From contig CAVQAG010000017.1 in assembly GCA_963710455.1 (NCBI GenBank), positions 472,149 to 536,148 of the forward strand: a stretch of 64,000 bases of DNA, written 5' to 3'. The translations under genes were made by a program, and so were the position numbers. Under the pieces are notes generated by a model. It made no database searches. It was not told where the DNA came from and saw nothing but the letters and a program-made list of their open reading frames with translations. The stretch comes from an uncultured delta proteobacterium (GTDB taxonomy: Bacteria > Desulfobacterota > Binatia > Binatales > Binataceae). The number at the start of each line of letters is the position of its first letter. Position 1 is the first letter of the stretch. Below, piece by piece: positions 19,459 through 29,439 of the stretch.

Positions 19459-20475
19459 ATGCAGGTTCATTACGATCGCGACGCAGACCTTAGCCGCCTG
19501 CGCCCTCACAAGATCGCCATTCTCGGCTTCGGCAGCCAGGGCCATGCCCATGCGCTCAACCTGCGCGACAGCGGGATGGACGTTTGTGTCGGCCTGCGCA
19601 AGGACAGCCCCTCATGGGAAAAGGCCGCCAAGCAGGGCCTGCCGGTGTTTGAGACAGCCGAGGCCGCCCGCCGTGCCGATATCGTGATGATGCTGGTGCC
19701 GGACGAGATGGGCTCCGAGATTTACGAGAAGGAAGTCGCTCCGCAACTTACGCCGGGCAAGTACCTGGCCTTCGGCCACGGCTTCAATATCCATTTCAAG
19801 TTCATCAAGCCCGCCCCGAGTGTTAACGTTTTCATGATCGCGCCCAAGGGTCCCGGCCACTTGGTGCGGTCCGAGTACGTTAAGGGACGCGGAGTGCCAT
19901 GCTTGCTCGCCGTCGAGCAGGATCCTTCGGGAGATACCAAGGAAGTCGGGCTCGCGTACGGATCGGCGATCGGCGGCGGCCGTGCGGCGATCATCGAAAC
20001 CACTTTTCGCGAAGAGACCGAGACCGACCTGTTCGGCGAACAGTCAGTCCTGTGCGGCGGACTAACCGAGCTCATTCGCAATGGATTTGAGACGCTGGTC
20101 GCGGCGGGCTACGCACCTGAGATGGCCTATTTTGAGTGCGTGCACGAGGTCAAACTAATCGTCGACCTCATCTACGAGGGCGGCATCGCCAATATGCGCT
20201 ACTCGATCAGCAACACTGCCGAGTACGGCGACATGACACGCGGCAAGCGCGTTGTTGGGCCGGCCTCGCGCCAGGCGATGAAAGACCTGCTTGCGGATAT
20301 TCAGTCGGGCAAGTTTGCCAACGAATGGATCGCCGAGTACCGCGCTGGCCTGCCGCATTTCCGTGAGCTGCGCAAGGAAGCAGAGAAGCATCAGCTCGAA
20401 GACGTCGGGCGCAAGCTGCGCGCCTTCATGCCGTGGTTGGCGAGCGATCGTCTGGTCGACAAAGCCAAGAATTAG
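19459..20475 (+). CDS. ilvC: Ketol-acid reductoisomerase
   Basis: [46 protein letters not shown]. Confidence 0.98.
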   Translation: MQVHYDRDADLSRLRPHKIAILGFGSQGHAHALNLRDSGMDVCVGLRKDSPSWEKAAKQGLPVFETAEAARRADIVMMLVPDEMGSEIYEKEVAPQLTPGKYLAFGHGFNIHFKFIKPAPSVNVFMIAPKGPGHLVRSEYVKGRGVPCLLAVEQDPSGDTKEVGLAYGSAIGGGRAAIIETTFREETETDLFGEQSVLCGGLTELIRNGFETLVAAGYAPEMAYFECVHEVKLIVDLIYEGGIANMRYSISNTAEYGDMTRGKRVVGPASRQAMKDLLADIQSGKFANEWIAEYRAGLPHFRELRKEAEKHQLEDVGRKLRAFMPWLASDRLVDKAKN

Positions 20476-20496
20476 GCGGAGTCGGGATTTGGCGAA

Positions 20497-21186
20497 ATGG
20501 GGATGCCATTGCGCGCCGGTGACTTAGCCCGGCGCGTGGGCGGCACGATCGGAATCGCGGCCGAGGGCGTCACAATGGCGGCCGTGGCGCTGGCGGCAGG
20601 AGTGCTCGCGTTTGCGTTTGGATGGCACGGTGCGGGACTGCTGACGATCCTTGGCGGTCTCGCGATTGCCGCTTTTTTTCGCGACCCCGAGCGCTCGCCA
20701 GTCTCCGCCTCCGAGCGCGTGGTGCTCTCGGGCGCCGATGGCACCGTGAGCGACGTGGCGGAGATGCCGCTGCCCGATGGCGCCTCAGGCGAGCGTTATC
20801 ATCGCGTTTCGGTCTTCATGTCGCCGCTCAACGTGCACGTCAACCGCGCGCCAGTGGGCGGGGAGATCATCAGTGTCCGCCATACCCCTGGCGCCTTCCA
20901 TGCGGCGTTTCGCGACCACGCGAGCGAGCATAACGAGCGCAACCTGATCGTGCTGAGCGACGCTCGCGGCCGCCAGCATGCGATGGTGCAGATTGCAGGC
21001 TACCTGGCGCGGCGGATCGTGTGCCATCTCCATCCGCACGATACGGTGCGCCTTGGTGAGCGAATTGGGCTTATAATGTTCGGCAGCCGCGTCGATCATT
21101 TCATCCCACCCGACTACCGGGTAGTGGTAAAAACAGGCGGGAAGGTGCGCGCGGGAGAGAGTATAATTGCAGAGTTGCTCCAGTGA
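20497..21186 (+). CDS. psd: Phosphatidylserine decarboxylase proenzyme
   Basis: FFRDPER, FMSPLNVHVNR.P, FGSRVD self-cleavage motif. Confidence 0.93.
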   Translation: MGMPLRAGDLARRVGGTIGIAAEGVTMAAVALAAGVLAFAFGWHGAGLLTILGGLAIAAFFRDPERSPVSASERVVLSGADGTVSDVAEMPLPDGASGERYHRVSVFMSPLNVHVNRAPVGGEIISVRHTPGAFHAAFRDHASEHNERNLIVLSDARGRQHAMVQIAGYLARRIVCHLHPHDTVRLGERIGLIMFGSRVDHFIPPDYRVVVKTGGKVRAGESIIAELLQ

Positions 21187-22112
21187 GCAGGGTCCAGAAA
21201 AATAATCCGAGCGCACAGGACCGGATGCGGGTCCTCTCGGGCCGTATCAAGGAACAGCAAAGACGCGTGGTCGCGCCCTTGCGCCGCGGGGTATTCCTCG
21301 CGCCCGCGACCATCACCTCGCTCGGCCTGCTATCGGGATTCTTCGCCCTGGTCTCAGCAATCAATTCGCATTTCGAGCTTGCCGCGGTGATGATCCTGAT
21401 CGCGTTCGTGTGCGATGGGCTCGACGGCCGCGTGGCGCGCCTGTCGCGCACTTCGAGTCATTTCGGAATCGAGTATGATAGCCTCTCCGACGTGGTGGCC
21501 TTCGGCGTGGCCCCGGCGGTAATCGCCTATTGCTGGTCTCTTAGACTGCTCGGCGCGTGGGGCGTGGTGATCGCCGGGATGTTCGTGATTTGCGCCGCGC
21601 TTCGGCTCGCGCGCTTCAACGTGCAGACCGCCAGCACCGACAAGCGCCGCTTCGTAGGCCTGCCGGTGCCCGGCGCCGCCGCGATGATCGCGGGCTGCGT
21701 GCTCGCCTACAGCTACTTCGAGTTTGAGTCGCCGCATGCGCTGGTTACCGTGATGGCGCCGCTGACGGTCGCGCTCGCGAGCCTGATGATCTCTCGCGTA
21801 CCCTACCCCAGCTTCAAGACCATCAATCCCGATCAGCGCGCGCGGGTCGAACTGGTGGCCGCGATGCTGCTCGTGCTGGCGTTTCTGTTCGCGATTCCGC
21901 AGTTCACATTTTTCATGCTGGCGACCGCTTACGTCGCCTCCGGGCCCTACCTCCTGCTGACTGGCGAACGCCCCCAGGCCCTCGCTCCGGTGCTGGGCCC
22001 GCAGGCCGACGGGCACGCTGCCGCGAATCCGCGCAAACCACGGTCATCCGCTAGGAACGCTCGCGCAACCGGCGATTTATCCGAGAATCCGCCATCCCCA
22101 CAGGTCCACTAG
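21183..22112 (+). CDS. pssA: CDP-diacylglycerol--serine O-phosphatidyltransferase
   Basis: CDGLDGRVAR...S.FG.EYDSLSD.V.FG, ALRLARFN; adjacent to psd. Confidence 0.93.
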   Translation: MSRVQKNNPSAQDRMRVLSGRIKEQQRRVVAPLRRGVFLAPATITSLGLLSGFFALVSAINSHFELAAVMILIAFVCDGLDGRVARLSRTSSHFGIEYDSLSDVVAFGVAPAVIAYCWSLRLLGAWGVVIAGMFVICAALRLARFNVQTASTDKRRFVGLPVPGAAAMIAGCVLAYSYFEFESPHALVTVMAPLTVALASLMISRVPYPSFKTINPDQRARVELVAAMLLVLAFLFAIPQFTFFMLATAYVASGPYLLLTGERPQALAPVLGPQADGHAAANPRKPRSSARNARATGDLSENPPSPQVH

Positions 22113-22135
22113 CGCAAGTTGATGCGGACGGCCGC

Positions 22136-22165
22136 TTGACTGTGTTCTAAAGTACCGCCTAAAAT
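22136..22165 (+). promoter_or_regulatory. Sigma70-type promoter of the leuA leader
   Basis: TTGACT (22136-22141), 18-nt spacer, TAAAAT (22160-22165). Confidence 0.6.
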
Positions 22166-22172
22166 GACCTCG

Positions 22173-22262
22173 ATGTCGCCCTGCCTGAACCTGCTTCTGG
22201 GACTGCTGCTTAGCTTGGGCCTTATTAAGGCCCTCGCCGGGAGCGTCGTGGTGCAGGCTTAA
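22173..22262 (+). CDS. Leucine attenuator leader peptide MSPCLNLLLGLLLSLGLIKALAGSVVVQA
   Basis: 29-aa ORF missing from the ORF track, 10 Leu codons, between the promoter and the terminator upstream of leuA (alternative ATG 22164). Confidence 0.8.
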   Translation: MSPCLNLLLGLLLSLGLIKALAGSVVVQA

Positions 22263-22285
22263 GCGAGCGACTTAAAACCTGAATC

Positions 22286-22335
22286 AAAACGCCCCGGGCA
22301 GAGGGCCAAAAGGCCGCCCGGGGCGTTTTCTTTTT
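22286..22335 (+). terminator. Attenuator (intrinsic terminator) upstream of leuA
   Basis: AAAACGCCCCGGGC/GCCCGGGGCGTTTT 14-bp stem with inner GGCC-AAAA-GGCC hairpin, followed by CTTTTT. Confidence 0.85.
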
Positions 22336-22393
22336 GCCCGCTGCGGCCTTGGGGGCCTGTCCGTTACGGAGCGCAGGGAGGAGCGAGACGCCG

Positions 22394-23980
22394 ATGGCCA
22401 AGAAGACGATAGCCGACATCCGGGACATCCTGCCGGATCCCAACTATGTGCGCATCTTCGACACCACGCTGCGCGATGGCGAGCAATCGCCCGGTTGCAC
22501 CATGAACGTCGAGGAGAAGCTCGCGATCGCCCGCCAGCTCGAACGCCTGGGCGTCGATATCATCGAGGGCGGCTTTGCTGCTTCCTCGCCTGGCGACTTC
22601 GAGTCGGTACATCGAATCGCCGAAGCCGTCACCCAGCCGACCGTGGTCAGCCTGTCGCGCACGCGCGAGGAAGACGTCGATGCGGCGCTGCGTGCGGTCG
22701 ACAAGGCGCGCAACCCCGGCATCCACATCTTTATCGCGACCTCCGATATCCATCTCAAATACAAGCTCAACATGACACGCGAGGACGTGCTGAGTGCTTC
22801 GACCTGGGCAGTCGCGCGGGCCAAGGAGCACCTGGATTATATCGAGTTCTCGTGCGAGGACGCCTCGCGCTCGGACTGGGACTACATGGCCAAGATTTGC
22901 ACCGAGGTGATCCGCGCTGGCGCGCGTATCATCAATCTACCCGACACCACCGGCCACGCGATTCCCGAGGAGTTCGGCGAGATGTTCGCCTACATGCGGC
23001 GCAACGTTGAGGGCGCCGACCGCGTGATCTGGAGTGCCCACTGCCATAACGACCTCGGGCTGGCGGTCGCCAATTCGCTCGCCGCGATCAAAAACGGCGT
23101 GCGCCAGGTCGAGTGCACGATCAACGGGATCGGCGAACGCGCGGGCAACACCTCGATGGAAGAGGTGGTGATGGCGCTGCGCACGCGGCAGGACTTGATG
23201 GAAGTGCGCACCGGGATCGACACGCGTCAGATCTACCCGGCCTCGCGTCTGCTCTCGCAGATTATCGGGCAGCCGGTGCCGCCCAACAAGCCGATCGTCG
23301 GCGACAACGCGTTTGCCCATGAGGCGGGGATCCATCAGGACGGCGTGCTCAAGTACAAACTGACTTACGAAATCATGAAGCCCGAGGACATCGGGATACC
23401 CTCCAACAAGTTGGTGTTGGGTAAGCACTCCGGCCGCCACGCCTTCGTCAACCGGCTCGGAGAGCTGGGCATCGACCCCGAGTCGATCGACGTCAATAAG
23501 GCTTTCGCCGCCTTCAAGGTGCTGTGTGACAAGAAGAAAATCGTCTACGACGACGATATCCTGGCCCTGGTCAACGAGGAGACGCGCCGCACCGCGGACC
23601 ACTTCGAACTGCTCGACGTACGCGTGACCTCGTCGGCTAAAACCACACCCCACGCCGAAGTCACGATGCGTATCGGGGGCGGCGAGGAGCATATCGCGGA
23701 AGCCTCGGGAGATGGGATGGTCGATGCGTGCTACAAGGCTATCTACAAGCTGGCTGGCATGCAGCCGGCGCTCGAGCGCTACTCGGTCAAGGCCATCACC
23801 GGCGGCACTGACGCGCTAGGCGAAGTGAGCTGCCTGGTATGCTCCGATGGCATGACTGTCGCGGGCCAGGGCGCGCATAGCGACATCGTGATGGCGAGTG
23901 CGCTCGCATTGGTCAACGCGCTCAACCGTCTTCAAGGCCGCGTACGGTCGGCAGTGTTGCGCCCGGCCGAGGGGGCATAG
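22394..23980 (+). CDS. leuA: 2-isopropylmalate synthase
   Basis: [43 protein letters not shown]-terminal regulatory domain. Confidence 0.97.
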   Translation: MAKKTIADIRDILPDPNYVRIFDTTLRDGEQSPGCTMNVEEKLAIARQLERLGVDIIEGGFAASSPGDFESVHRIAEAVTQPTVVSLSRTREEDVDAALRAVDKARNPGIHIFIATSDIHLKYKLNMTREDVLSASTWAVARAKEHLDYIEFSCEDASRSDWDYMAKICTEVIRAGARIINLPDTTGHAIPEEFGEMFAYMRRNVEGADRVIWSAHCHNDLGLAVANSLAAIKNGVRQVECTINGIGERAGNTSMEEVVMALRTRQDLMEVRTGIDTRQIYPASRLLSQIIGQPVPPNKPIVGDNAFAHEAGIHQDGVLKYKLTYEIMKPEDIGIPSNKLVLGKHSGRHAFVNRLGELGIDPESIDVNKAFAAFKVLCDKKKIVYDDDILALVNEETRRTADHFELLDVRVTSSAKTTPHAEVTMRIGGGEEHIAEASGDGMVDACYKAIYKLAGMQPALERYSVKAITGGTDALGEVSCLVCSDGMTVAGQGAHSDIVMASALALVNALNRLQGRVRSAVLRPAEGA

Positions 23981-24241
23981 GAATACGAGAATTTTGCGGG
24001 AGCCCTCATCGACGAGCTTGCCGTGGGGCTTGCCGCCGCTGTCGCGTTGGGCTAAGTGCTAATGGCGTCGGGTGGCTGGTTTTTTTCGCTGCTCGAAGGT
24101 GTCGACGAGAGGAAGACAGCGTCGGCGGCCACTGCCGCTGAACTTAAATTTGTTCTCGTTCGAATGCGCGACGTTTTGAAGCAAAGCTGCCCGCAACCTA
24201 TCGTTGTATTCATTTCCGCTGCTGGGACTCCGCAAGCATAG

Positions 24242-25348
24242 ATGGCCTACAAGATTCTGGTTCTCAAGGGTGACGGGATTGGTCCCGAAGTCGTCGGCGA
24301 GGCATTGCAGGTGCTGAAGGTCGTGGCGCGCAACGCCGCGCTCGATCTCGAGTTCAAAGAGGGCACCGCCGGCGGTCATGCGATCGATCAGTTCGGTACG
24401 CCGCTACCCGATGACGTGCTCAAGCAAGCCAAGGACAGCGACGCGATCCTGTTCGGCGCAGTGGGCGGCCCCAAGTGGGACGACCCGAAGGCCGATAAGC
24501 GTCCCGAGCAGGCGCTGCTCACCCTGCGCAAGGAGCTTGGACTGTTCGCGAACGTCAGGCCGGTCAAAGCGGTCAAGGAGTTGACGGCCACTTCGCCACT
24601 GCGCCAAGAGATCATCAATGGCGTTGACCTTGTAGTCATCCGCGAGCTCACTGGCGGCATCTACTACGGCAAGCCCTCTGAGCGGCGTAACACTGGCGAC
24701 CTGCGTGGCGCGATCGACACTTGTGTGTATTCCGAGGAGGAGATTGTCCGCGTGCTGCGTTACGGCTTCGAGCTCGCGCGCGACCGCCGCAAACGCCTGA
24801 CCTCGGTCGACAAGGCCAACATCCTCGCCACTTCGCGGCTGTGGCGCGAAATCGCTGGCGAGCTGGCTACCGAATACAAGGAGATCGCCTTCGACAATCA
24901 GCTCGTCGATTCGATGGCGATGCATCTTATCCGCCACCCGCGCGACTTCGACGTGATCGTTACCGAGAACATGTTCGGCGATATCCTGACCGACGAGGCT
25001 TCAGTGTTGGCGGGCTCGATGGGGCTGCTGCCCTCGGCCTCGCTCGGAGACGAGCTCAACAGCGCGGGATGCCGCGTCGGGCTGTTCGAGCCCATTCACG
25101 GCAGCGCCCCCGATATCGCCGGCCGTGACGAAGCCAATCCGCTGGCCGCTATCCTCTCGGCCGCGATGCTGCTCGAGCACTCTCTGGGGTTGCGCGCCGA
25201 AGCTGAAATAATCGGGCAGGCGGTCGAGGGCGTGTTGCGTGAGGGTTACCGCACGCGCGATCTTGGGGGCGGCACGGGAACCAAGGTGGTCGGGTGCAAG
25301 GCGATGGGCCGTCTGGTGCGGGAAAAACTCGAAGGCGCGGAGGCCTGA
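24242..25348 (+). CDS. leuB: 3-isopropylmalate dehydrogenase
   Basis: GDGIGPE, GAVGGPKWD, RELTGGIY, VDKANIL, ENMFGDILTD, EPIHGSAPDIAG. Confidence 0.97.
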   Translation: MAYKILVLKGDGIGPEVVGEALQVLKVVARNAALDLEFKEGTAGGHAIDQFGTPLPDDVLKQAKDSDAILFGAVGGPKWDDPKADKRPEQALLTLRKELGLFANVRPVKAVKELTATSPLRQEIINGVDLVVIRELTGGIYYGKPSERRNTGDLRGAIDTCVYSEEEIVRVLRYGFELARDRRKRLTSVDKANILATSRLWREIAGELATEYKEIAFDNQLVDSMAMHLIRHPRDFDVIVTENMFGDILTDEASVLAGSMGLLPSASLGDELNSAGCRVGLFEPIHGSAPDIAGRDEANPLAAILSAAMLLEHSLGLRAEAEIIGQAVEGVLREGYRTRDLGGGTGTKVVGCKAMGRLVREKLEGAEA

Positions 25349-25349
25349 G

Positions 25350-26342
25350 ATGGCCGCGGCGCCAGGCCGCGAGCTCAGGATCGCCGTTGTCGGCGCCACC
25401 GGTGCCGTCGGCGAGCAGATAGTCGAACTGATCGACGCGCGCGCGGTTCCGTGTGCCGAACTGGTGCTGTTTGCGACCGAGCGGGGCGCCACCCAGACCA
25501 TCGAGGCACGGGGCGAAGCGATCATCGTCGCCGAGTTCCATGAACCGGCCGAGCTAGCCCGTTTCGATATTGTATTCCTTGCGGTCGCGCCGAGCTGGGC
25601 TGCCGATATCGTTCGCGCGCGCCCGGGTCCGTTGCTGGTAGACTTGAGCGCGGCTCTCCGCGTGCCCGGGGAGGTCCCCTCGAGGCCATTCGTCGCGCCC
25701 GGTTTCACGCCTGCCGAAAGAATCGTCGAGTTCGCCGCGGATAACAAGGTGATCGCGATTCCTCATCCCGCGGCGCATGCGCTCGCAATGGTTGTGGGCG
25801 CGGCCGGCGCGCAAGACGGAATCGTCTGCGCGACCGTGATGCTCGGCGCGAGCAGTGCCGGACGGCAAAGCGTTGAAGAAGTCGTCGGCGAAGCGCGAGA
25901 GCTGCTGAGCGGCACGCACAGTCTGGAGGAAGGCGAGATCCAGCGCGCATTCAACGCTTATCCCGCCGAGCCGGGGCTCGACGCGGCGCTTTCCGCGCAG
26001 ACTGCCGCTTTGCTCGGCACGACGCCGCGGCTATTGATCGAGGTCGTCCACATCGCCGTCCTGCATGGCTCGGCGATGACCGTGCTTATTCCCGATTTCA
26101 GCGACCGGGCTAACCTGGCTGAGCGCCTCCGCGCCGCGCCCGGCCTGCTAGTGGTCGCCGGCGAGGAAGGCACTGCGAGCGTTATCGACGCTATCGGCCA
26201 GGAGGCAATCCTGGTGATGCTCAATGCCGAGCCCGCCGGCGCCTCGATATGGTGCGCGTTCGATAGCGCCCGCCTGGCCGCGCTTGACGCGGTATGGGTG
26301 GCGGAGAAGTTATGCGCCGTGGCAACTCCGGGTGCCGCGTAG
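25350..26342 (+). CDS. Aspartate-semialdehyde dehydrogenase-like protein (Usg-type, catalytic residues absent)
   Basis: IAVVGATGAVG Rossmann motif, VDLS, D..R..A C-terminal motif; directly upstream of truA. Confidence 0.75.
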   Translation: MAAAPGRELRIAVVGATGAVGEQIVELIDARAVPCAELVLFATERGATQTIEARGEAIIVAEFHEPAELARFDIVFLAVAPSWAADIVRARPGPLLVDLSAALRVPGEVPSRPFVAPGFTPAERIVEFAADNKVIAIPHPAAHALAMVVGAAGAQDGIVCATVMLGASSAGRQSVEEVVGEARELLSGTHSLEEGEIQRAFNAYPAEPGLDAALSAQTAALLGTTPRLLIEVVHIAVLHGSAMTVLIPDFSDRANLAERLRAAPGLLVVAGEEGTASVIDAIGQEAILVMLNAEPAGASIWCAFDSARLAALDAVWVAEKLCAVATPGAA

Positions 26343-26390
26343 TACGTTCCAGGCGGTCGCCGTTCTAACAGATTCGTTCCAAAAAAAGCC

Positions 26391-27137
26391 ATGCAGGTTC
26401 AGCTCAAGCTCGAGTACGACGGCACCAACTATTCGGGCTGGCAGATGCAGGTTGGCCACAATTCGATCCAGGCCGAGATCGAAGAGGCGCTCGCACGAAT
26501 CTTTGGTGCGCAGATTCGCGTGCGTGGCGCAGGACGCACCGACGCCGGCGTACATGCGCGCGGACAGGTCGCTGCGGCGCGGCTACCGCGCCTTTTCGAT
26601 CTCGCCGAGCTCGCTCGCGCACTCAATGCGATTTTGCCGCCTGACATCGTGGTGCTCGATGCGTCAGAAGCCCGCGACAACTTCGATCCGCGCCGCGAGG
26701 CGCGGCTTCGAATCTACGAGTACCGCGTGCTCAATCAGCCGGTGCGCTCGGCGTTCGAGCGCAACTCGGCGTGGCTGGTGCGCGAAACGCTGGATATCGA
26801 CGCGATGAATGCGGCGGCGGCGGTGTTTGTTGGCGAGCATGATTTCGCCGCGTTCCGCTCGCTCGGATCGGCTGAAAAGACCACGGTGCGGCGCGTCGCG
26901 CTCAGCCAGTGGCGGCGCGAGAGCGAGCGCCATCTGATTTACCGCGTCGAGGCAAGCGCGTTTTTGCGCCACATGGTGCGCACGATGGTGGCCGCGATGG
27001 TTGAAGTGGGGCATGGCAAAGCCGCGGGCAGGCTACCCGCCGATACGATCTCCGCGCTCCTCGCGAGCCGCGACCGCGCGCTCGCGCCGGCGCCCGCTCC
27101 GGCCGCCGGCCTCTGCCTGATCGAAGTGCGCTACTAG
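26391..27137 (+). CDS. truA: tRNA pseudouridine(38-40) synthase
   Basis: YDGTNYSGWQ, AGRTDAGVHA.GQ, GEHDFAAF, FLRHMVR, A.GLCL. Confidence 0.96.
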   Translation: MQVQLKLEYDGTNYSGWQMQVGHNSIQAEIEEALARIFGAQIRVRGAGRTDAGVHARGQVAAARLPRLFDLAELARALNAILPPDIVVLDASEARDNFDPRREARLRIYEYRVLNQPVRSAFERNSAWLVRETLDIDAMNAAAAVFVGEHDFAAFRSLGSAEKTTVRRVALSQWRRESERHLIYRVEASAFLRHMVRTMVAAMVEVGHGKAAGRLPADTISALLASRDRALAPAPAPAAGLCLIEVRY

Positions 27138-27348
27138 ACTGCAAGCGCGAATCGCCAAGCTGGATAGGGCGCTCCCGATCAGCCGACGAAAAAGTGCCTC
27201 TGCCCCAATGGCTCAAAGCAGGGCCTGTTGAAAAACCGTCACGGTTCTTAAGAAAAACGCATGATTTTGAGCCGGCGTGGCTTGCAAATAGGCTGACGCT
27301 CGTTCACGCTCTGTCTGCGAGAGTTCGTCTCGCACAAGGAGGATGACG

Positions 27349-27630
27349 ATGACGCAGTCGCAGGTTGCGGCGCATCTCGCCGACAAGGTTAATATCTCCA
27401 AGAAGGACGCCAAGACCGCGCTCGAGGAATTGACTACCCTTGTCATCCGCGAGCTAAAGAAGGAAGGCTCGCTGCGCCTTGCGGGACTGGGGATTTTTCG
27501 CAAGCGCAAGACCAAGGCCCGGATGGGGCGTAATCCGGCCACTGGCGAAGCGATCAAGATCCCGGCGCGCACCCGCCTGCGTTTCACGCCTGCCAAAGCG
27601 CTCAAGGATGCCGTGCTTGGCGCTCGCTAG
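27349..27630 (+). CDS. HU family DNA-binding protein
   Basis: GLGIF...KARMGRNPATGEAIKIPAR..RFTPAK.LKD; AAGGAGG RBS favours ATG 27349. Confidence 0.93.
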   Translation: MTQSQVAAHLADKVNISKKDAKTALEELTTLVIRELKKEGSLRLAGLGIFRKRKTKARMGRNPATGEAIKIPARTRLRFTPAKALKDAVLGAR

Positions 27631-27657
27631 GCGCGGGTTTCCAAAATTTTGACGGCA

Positions 27658-27688
27658 GCGGGGGCCGAAGCGACGCTTCGGCCCCCGC
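27658..27688. terminator. GC-rich 14-bp hairpin after HU (possibly bidirectional terminator)
   Basis: GCGGGGGCCGAAGC-GAC-GCTTCGGCCCCCGC; no U-tract. Confidence 0.55.
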
Positions 27689-27920
27689 GATCCGTTTCGA
27701 CCGGTCGAGCTCTATCCCCTCGCGTAGTCCCAGGTGGGGGTTAGCGAGAGGTCCAACGATCGATGTTCGCGATCCGTTGAAGTGGCTGCGGCACAATGGA
27801 ATTCAGCCTGACCTCGCCCGCCGCTAGCGATGCTCGCCCCGATCTCTCCTTGGTCAAGGAGAGGTTAAGAAAGGCGGTACCCGCTTGAGCTGCTTAGCCA
27901 CTGCGAGACAACATTACCTA

Positions 27921-29306
27921 TCACTCGCGCGGTTTTTTTGTGTTCTCTGAGGAGCCTTTGCCACTCTTGCGCGCGAGGCGCGCCCGTTCCAGATATTCTC
28001 CCAGACGCCCTTCGTAGCCGCGTTCAGAAGGCTGATAGTAACGGCGCTCGCCCAATTCCTCGGGCATGTAGTGCTGTTCGTTGAGCGCGCCCTCGGAGTC
28101 GTGCGGATAAAGATAACCCTCGCCGTAGCCTAGCTTGCGCATCAAGCCGGTCGGCGCATTGCGCAGATGGAGCGGCACCGGCAATGCGCCGCGCTCGACG
28201 GCGTCGGCGCGCGCGCTTAGCATCCCGCGATACGACGCGTTGGATTTGGGCGCGCAGGCAAGATAGGTCACACCCTGAGCGAGTGGAATCGCCCCTTCAG
28301 GCATCCCGACGAAATCGACCGCGTCTTTGACCGAAAGCGCAAGTTGAAGCGCGCGCGGATCCGCATTGCCGACATCCTCGGTCGCGAAGATCACCATCCG
28401 CCGCGCCACGAACAGCGGATCTTCGCCCGCCTCCAGCATCCGGGTCATCCAGTAAAGCGCGGCGTCCGGGTCACTGCCCCGCATGCTTTTGATGAAGGCC
28501 GAAATGACGTTGTAGTGCTCCTCGCCGGCGCGATCGTAGAGCAGCATCTTCTGCTGCGCCGCCTCGCGCACGTGTTCGGGTGCGATCGCCGCTCGGGCCG
28601 CCGCCCGTGCGAGCGTTGCCGCGACCTCCAGCGTATTGAGCGCGCGCCGCGCATCACCTGCGCCAAACCGCACCAACTCGGCGAGCGCCTCCTCATCGAA
28701 TGTAAGCCCGCTCGCGCCCAACCCATGCTCCTTGTCGCCGAGCGCCCGGCGCGCAATCGCGGCGATAGCTTCGTCGCTAAGCCCGCGCAGCACCAGCACG
28801 CGAGTGCGTGAGAGCAGCGGCGCGATCACTTCGAACGAGGGATTCTCGGTGGTCGCGCCGATGAGCGTGATGAGTCCGCTCTCGACGTGCGGCAGGATGG
28901 CGTCCTGCTGCGCCCGGTTCCATCTATGGATCTCGTCGATGAAAACCACCGTGCGCCGCCTCCCGGCTTCCAGTTCGCGGCGCGCCTCCTCGACCGCCTC
29001 GCGCAATTCGGCGATTCCTGCGGCCACTGCCGCGATCGTGCGAAAGCTTGCGCCGGAGCGCTGCGCAAGCAAAAGCGCGATCGTGGTTTTGCCACTGCCC
29101 GGCGGCCCCCACAGGATGATCGACGGTAGTGCGCCAGCCGCGAGCATCCGGCTGAGCATTTTGTCGGGACCGAGCAGATGCTCCTGGCCGATGACCTCGT
29201 CGAGACTCCGCGGGCGCATCCGGTCCGCCAAAGGTTGCGCTGCCGGTGTCCTGGCGGGAAAGAGACCCGGCTCGGGAGGGGTCCTACCACTGCGCCGTGT
29301 GGCCAT
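27921..29306 (-). CDS. rarA: Replication-associated recombination protein A (AAA+ ATPase)
   Basis: PLADRMRP, WGPPGSGKTT, FIDEIHRWN..QQD, GATTENPSF, KS.RGSDPDA, VPLHLRNAPT; start MATRR at 29306. Confidence 0.94.
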   Translation of the reverse strand: MATRRSGRTPPEPGLFPARTPAAQPLADRMRPRSLDEVIGQEHLLGPDKMLSRMLAAGALPSIILWGPPGSGKTTIALLLAQRSGASFRTIAAVAAGIAELREAVEEARRELEAGRRRTVVFIDEIHRWNRAQQDAILPHVESGLITLIGATTENPSFEVIAPLLSRTRVLVLRGLSDEAIAAIARRALGDKEHGLGASGLTFDEEALAELVRFGAGDARRALNTLEVAATLARAAARAAIAPEHVREAAQQKMLLYDRAGEEHYNVISAFIKSMRGSDPDAALYWMTRMLEAGEDPLFVARRMVIFATEDVGNADPRALQLALSVKDAVDFVGMPEGAIPLAQGVTYLACAPKSNASYRGMLSARADAVERGALPVPLHLRNAPTGLMRKLGYGEGYLYPHDSEGALNEQHYMPEELGERRYYQPSERGYEGRLGEYLERARLARKSGKGSSENTKKPRE

Positions 29307-29439
29307 AAATTGACCGTAGCACGGCGGCCTCACGAGTCGCATCTGACCACATACGGCCGGACCACGACTTGTTTGCCAGCCGGGCGCGCGTATTCTAGCC
29401 TTGGAGGCTGGGCCGGACCCAGGTGCCGGCACCCATGTA

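Noticed and set aside
24056-24241. 61-aa ORF abutting the leuB start as a second leader peptide
   Set aside because: No Leu-codon cluster, no convincing terminator/antiterminator pair and no RBS.
27760-27800. Possible tRNA-Sec (minus strand CACTTCAAC looks like a UCA anticodon loop)
   Set aside because: Flanks do not form an anticodon stem and there is no T-loop or acceptor stem; no tRNA found in the window.
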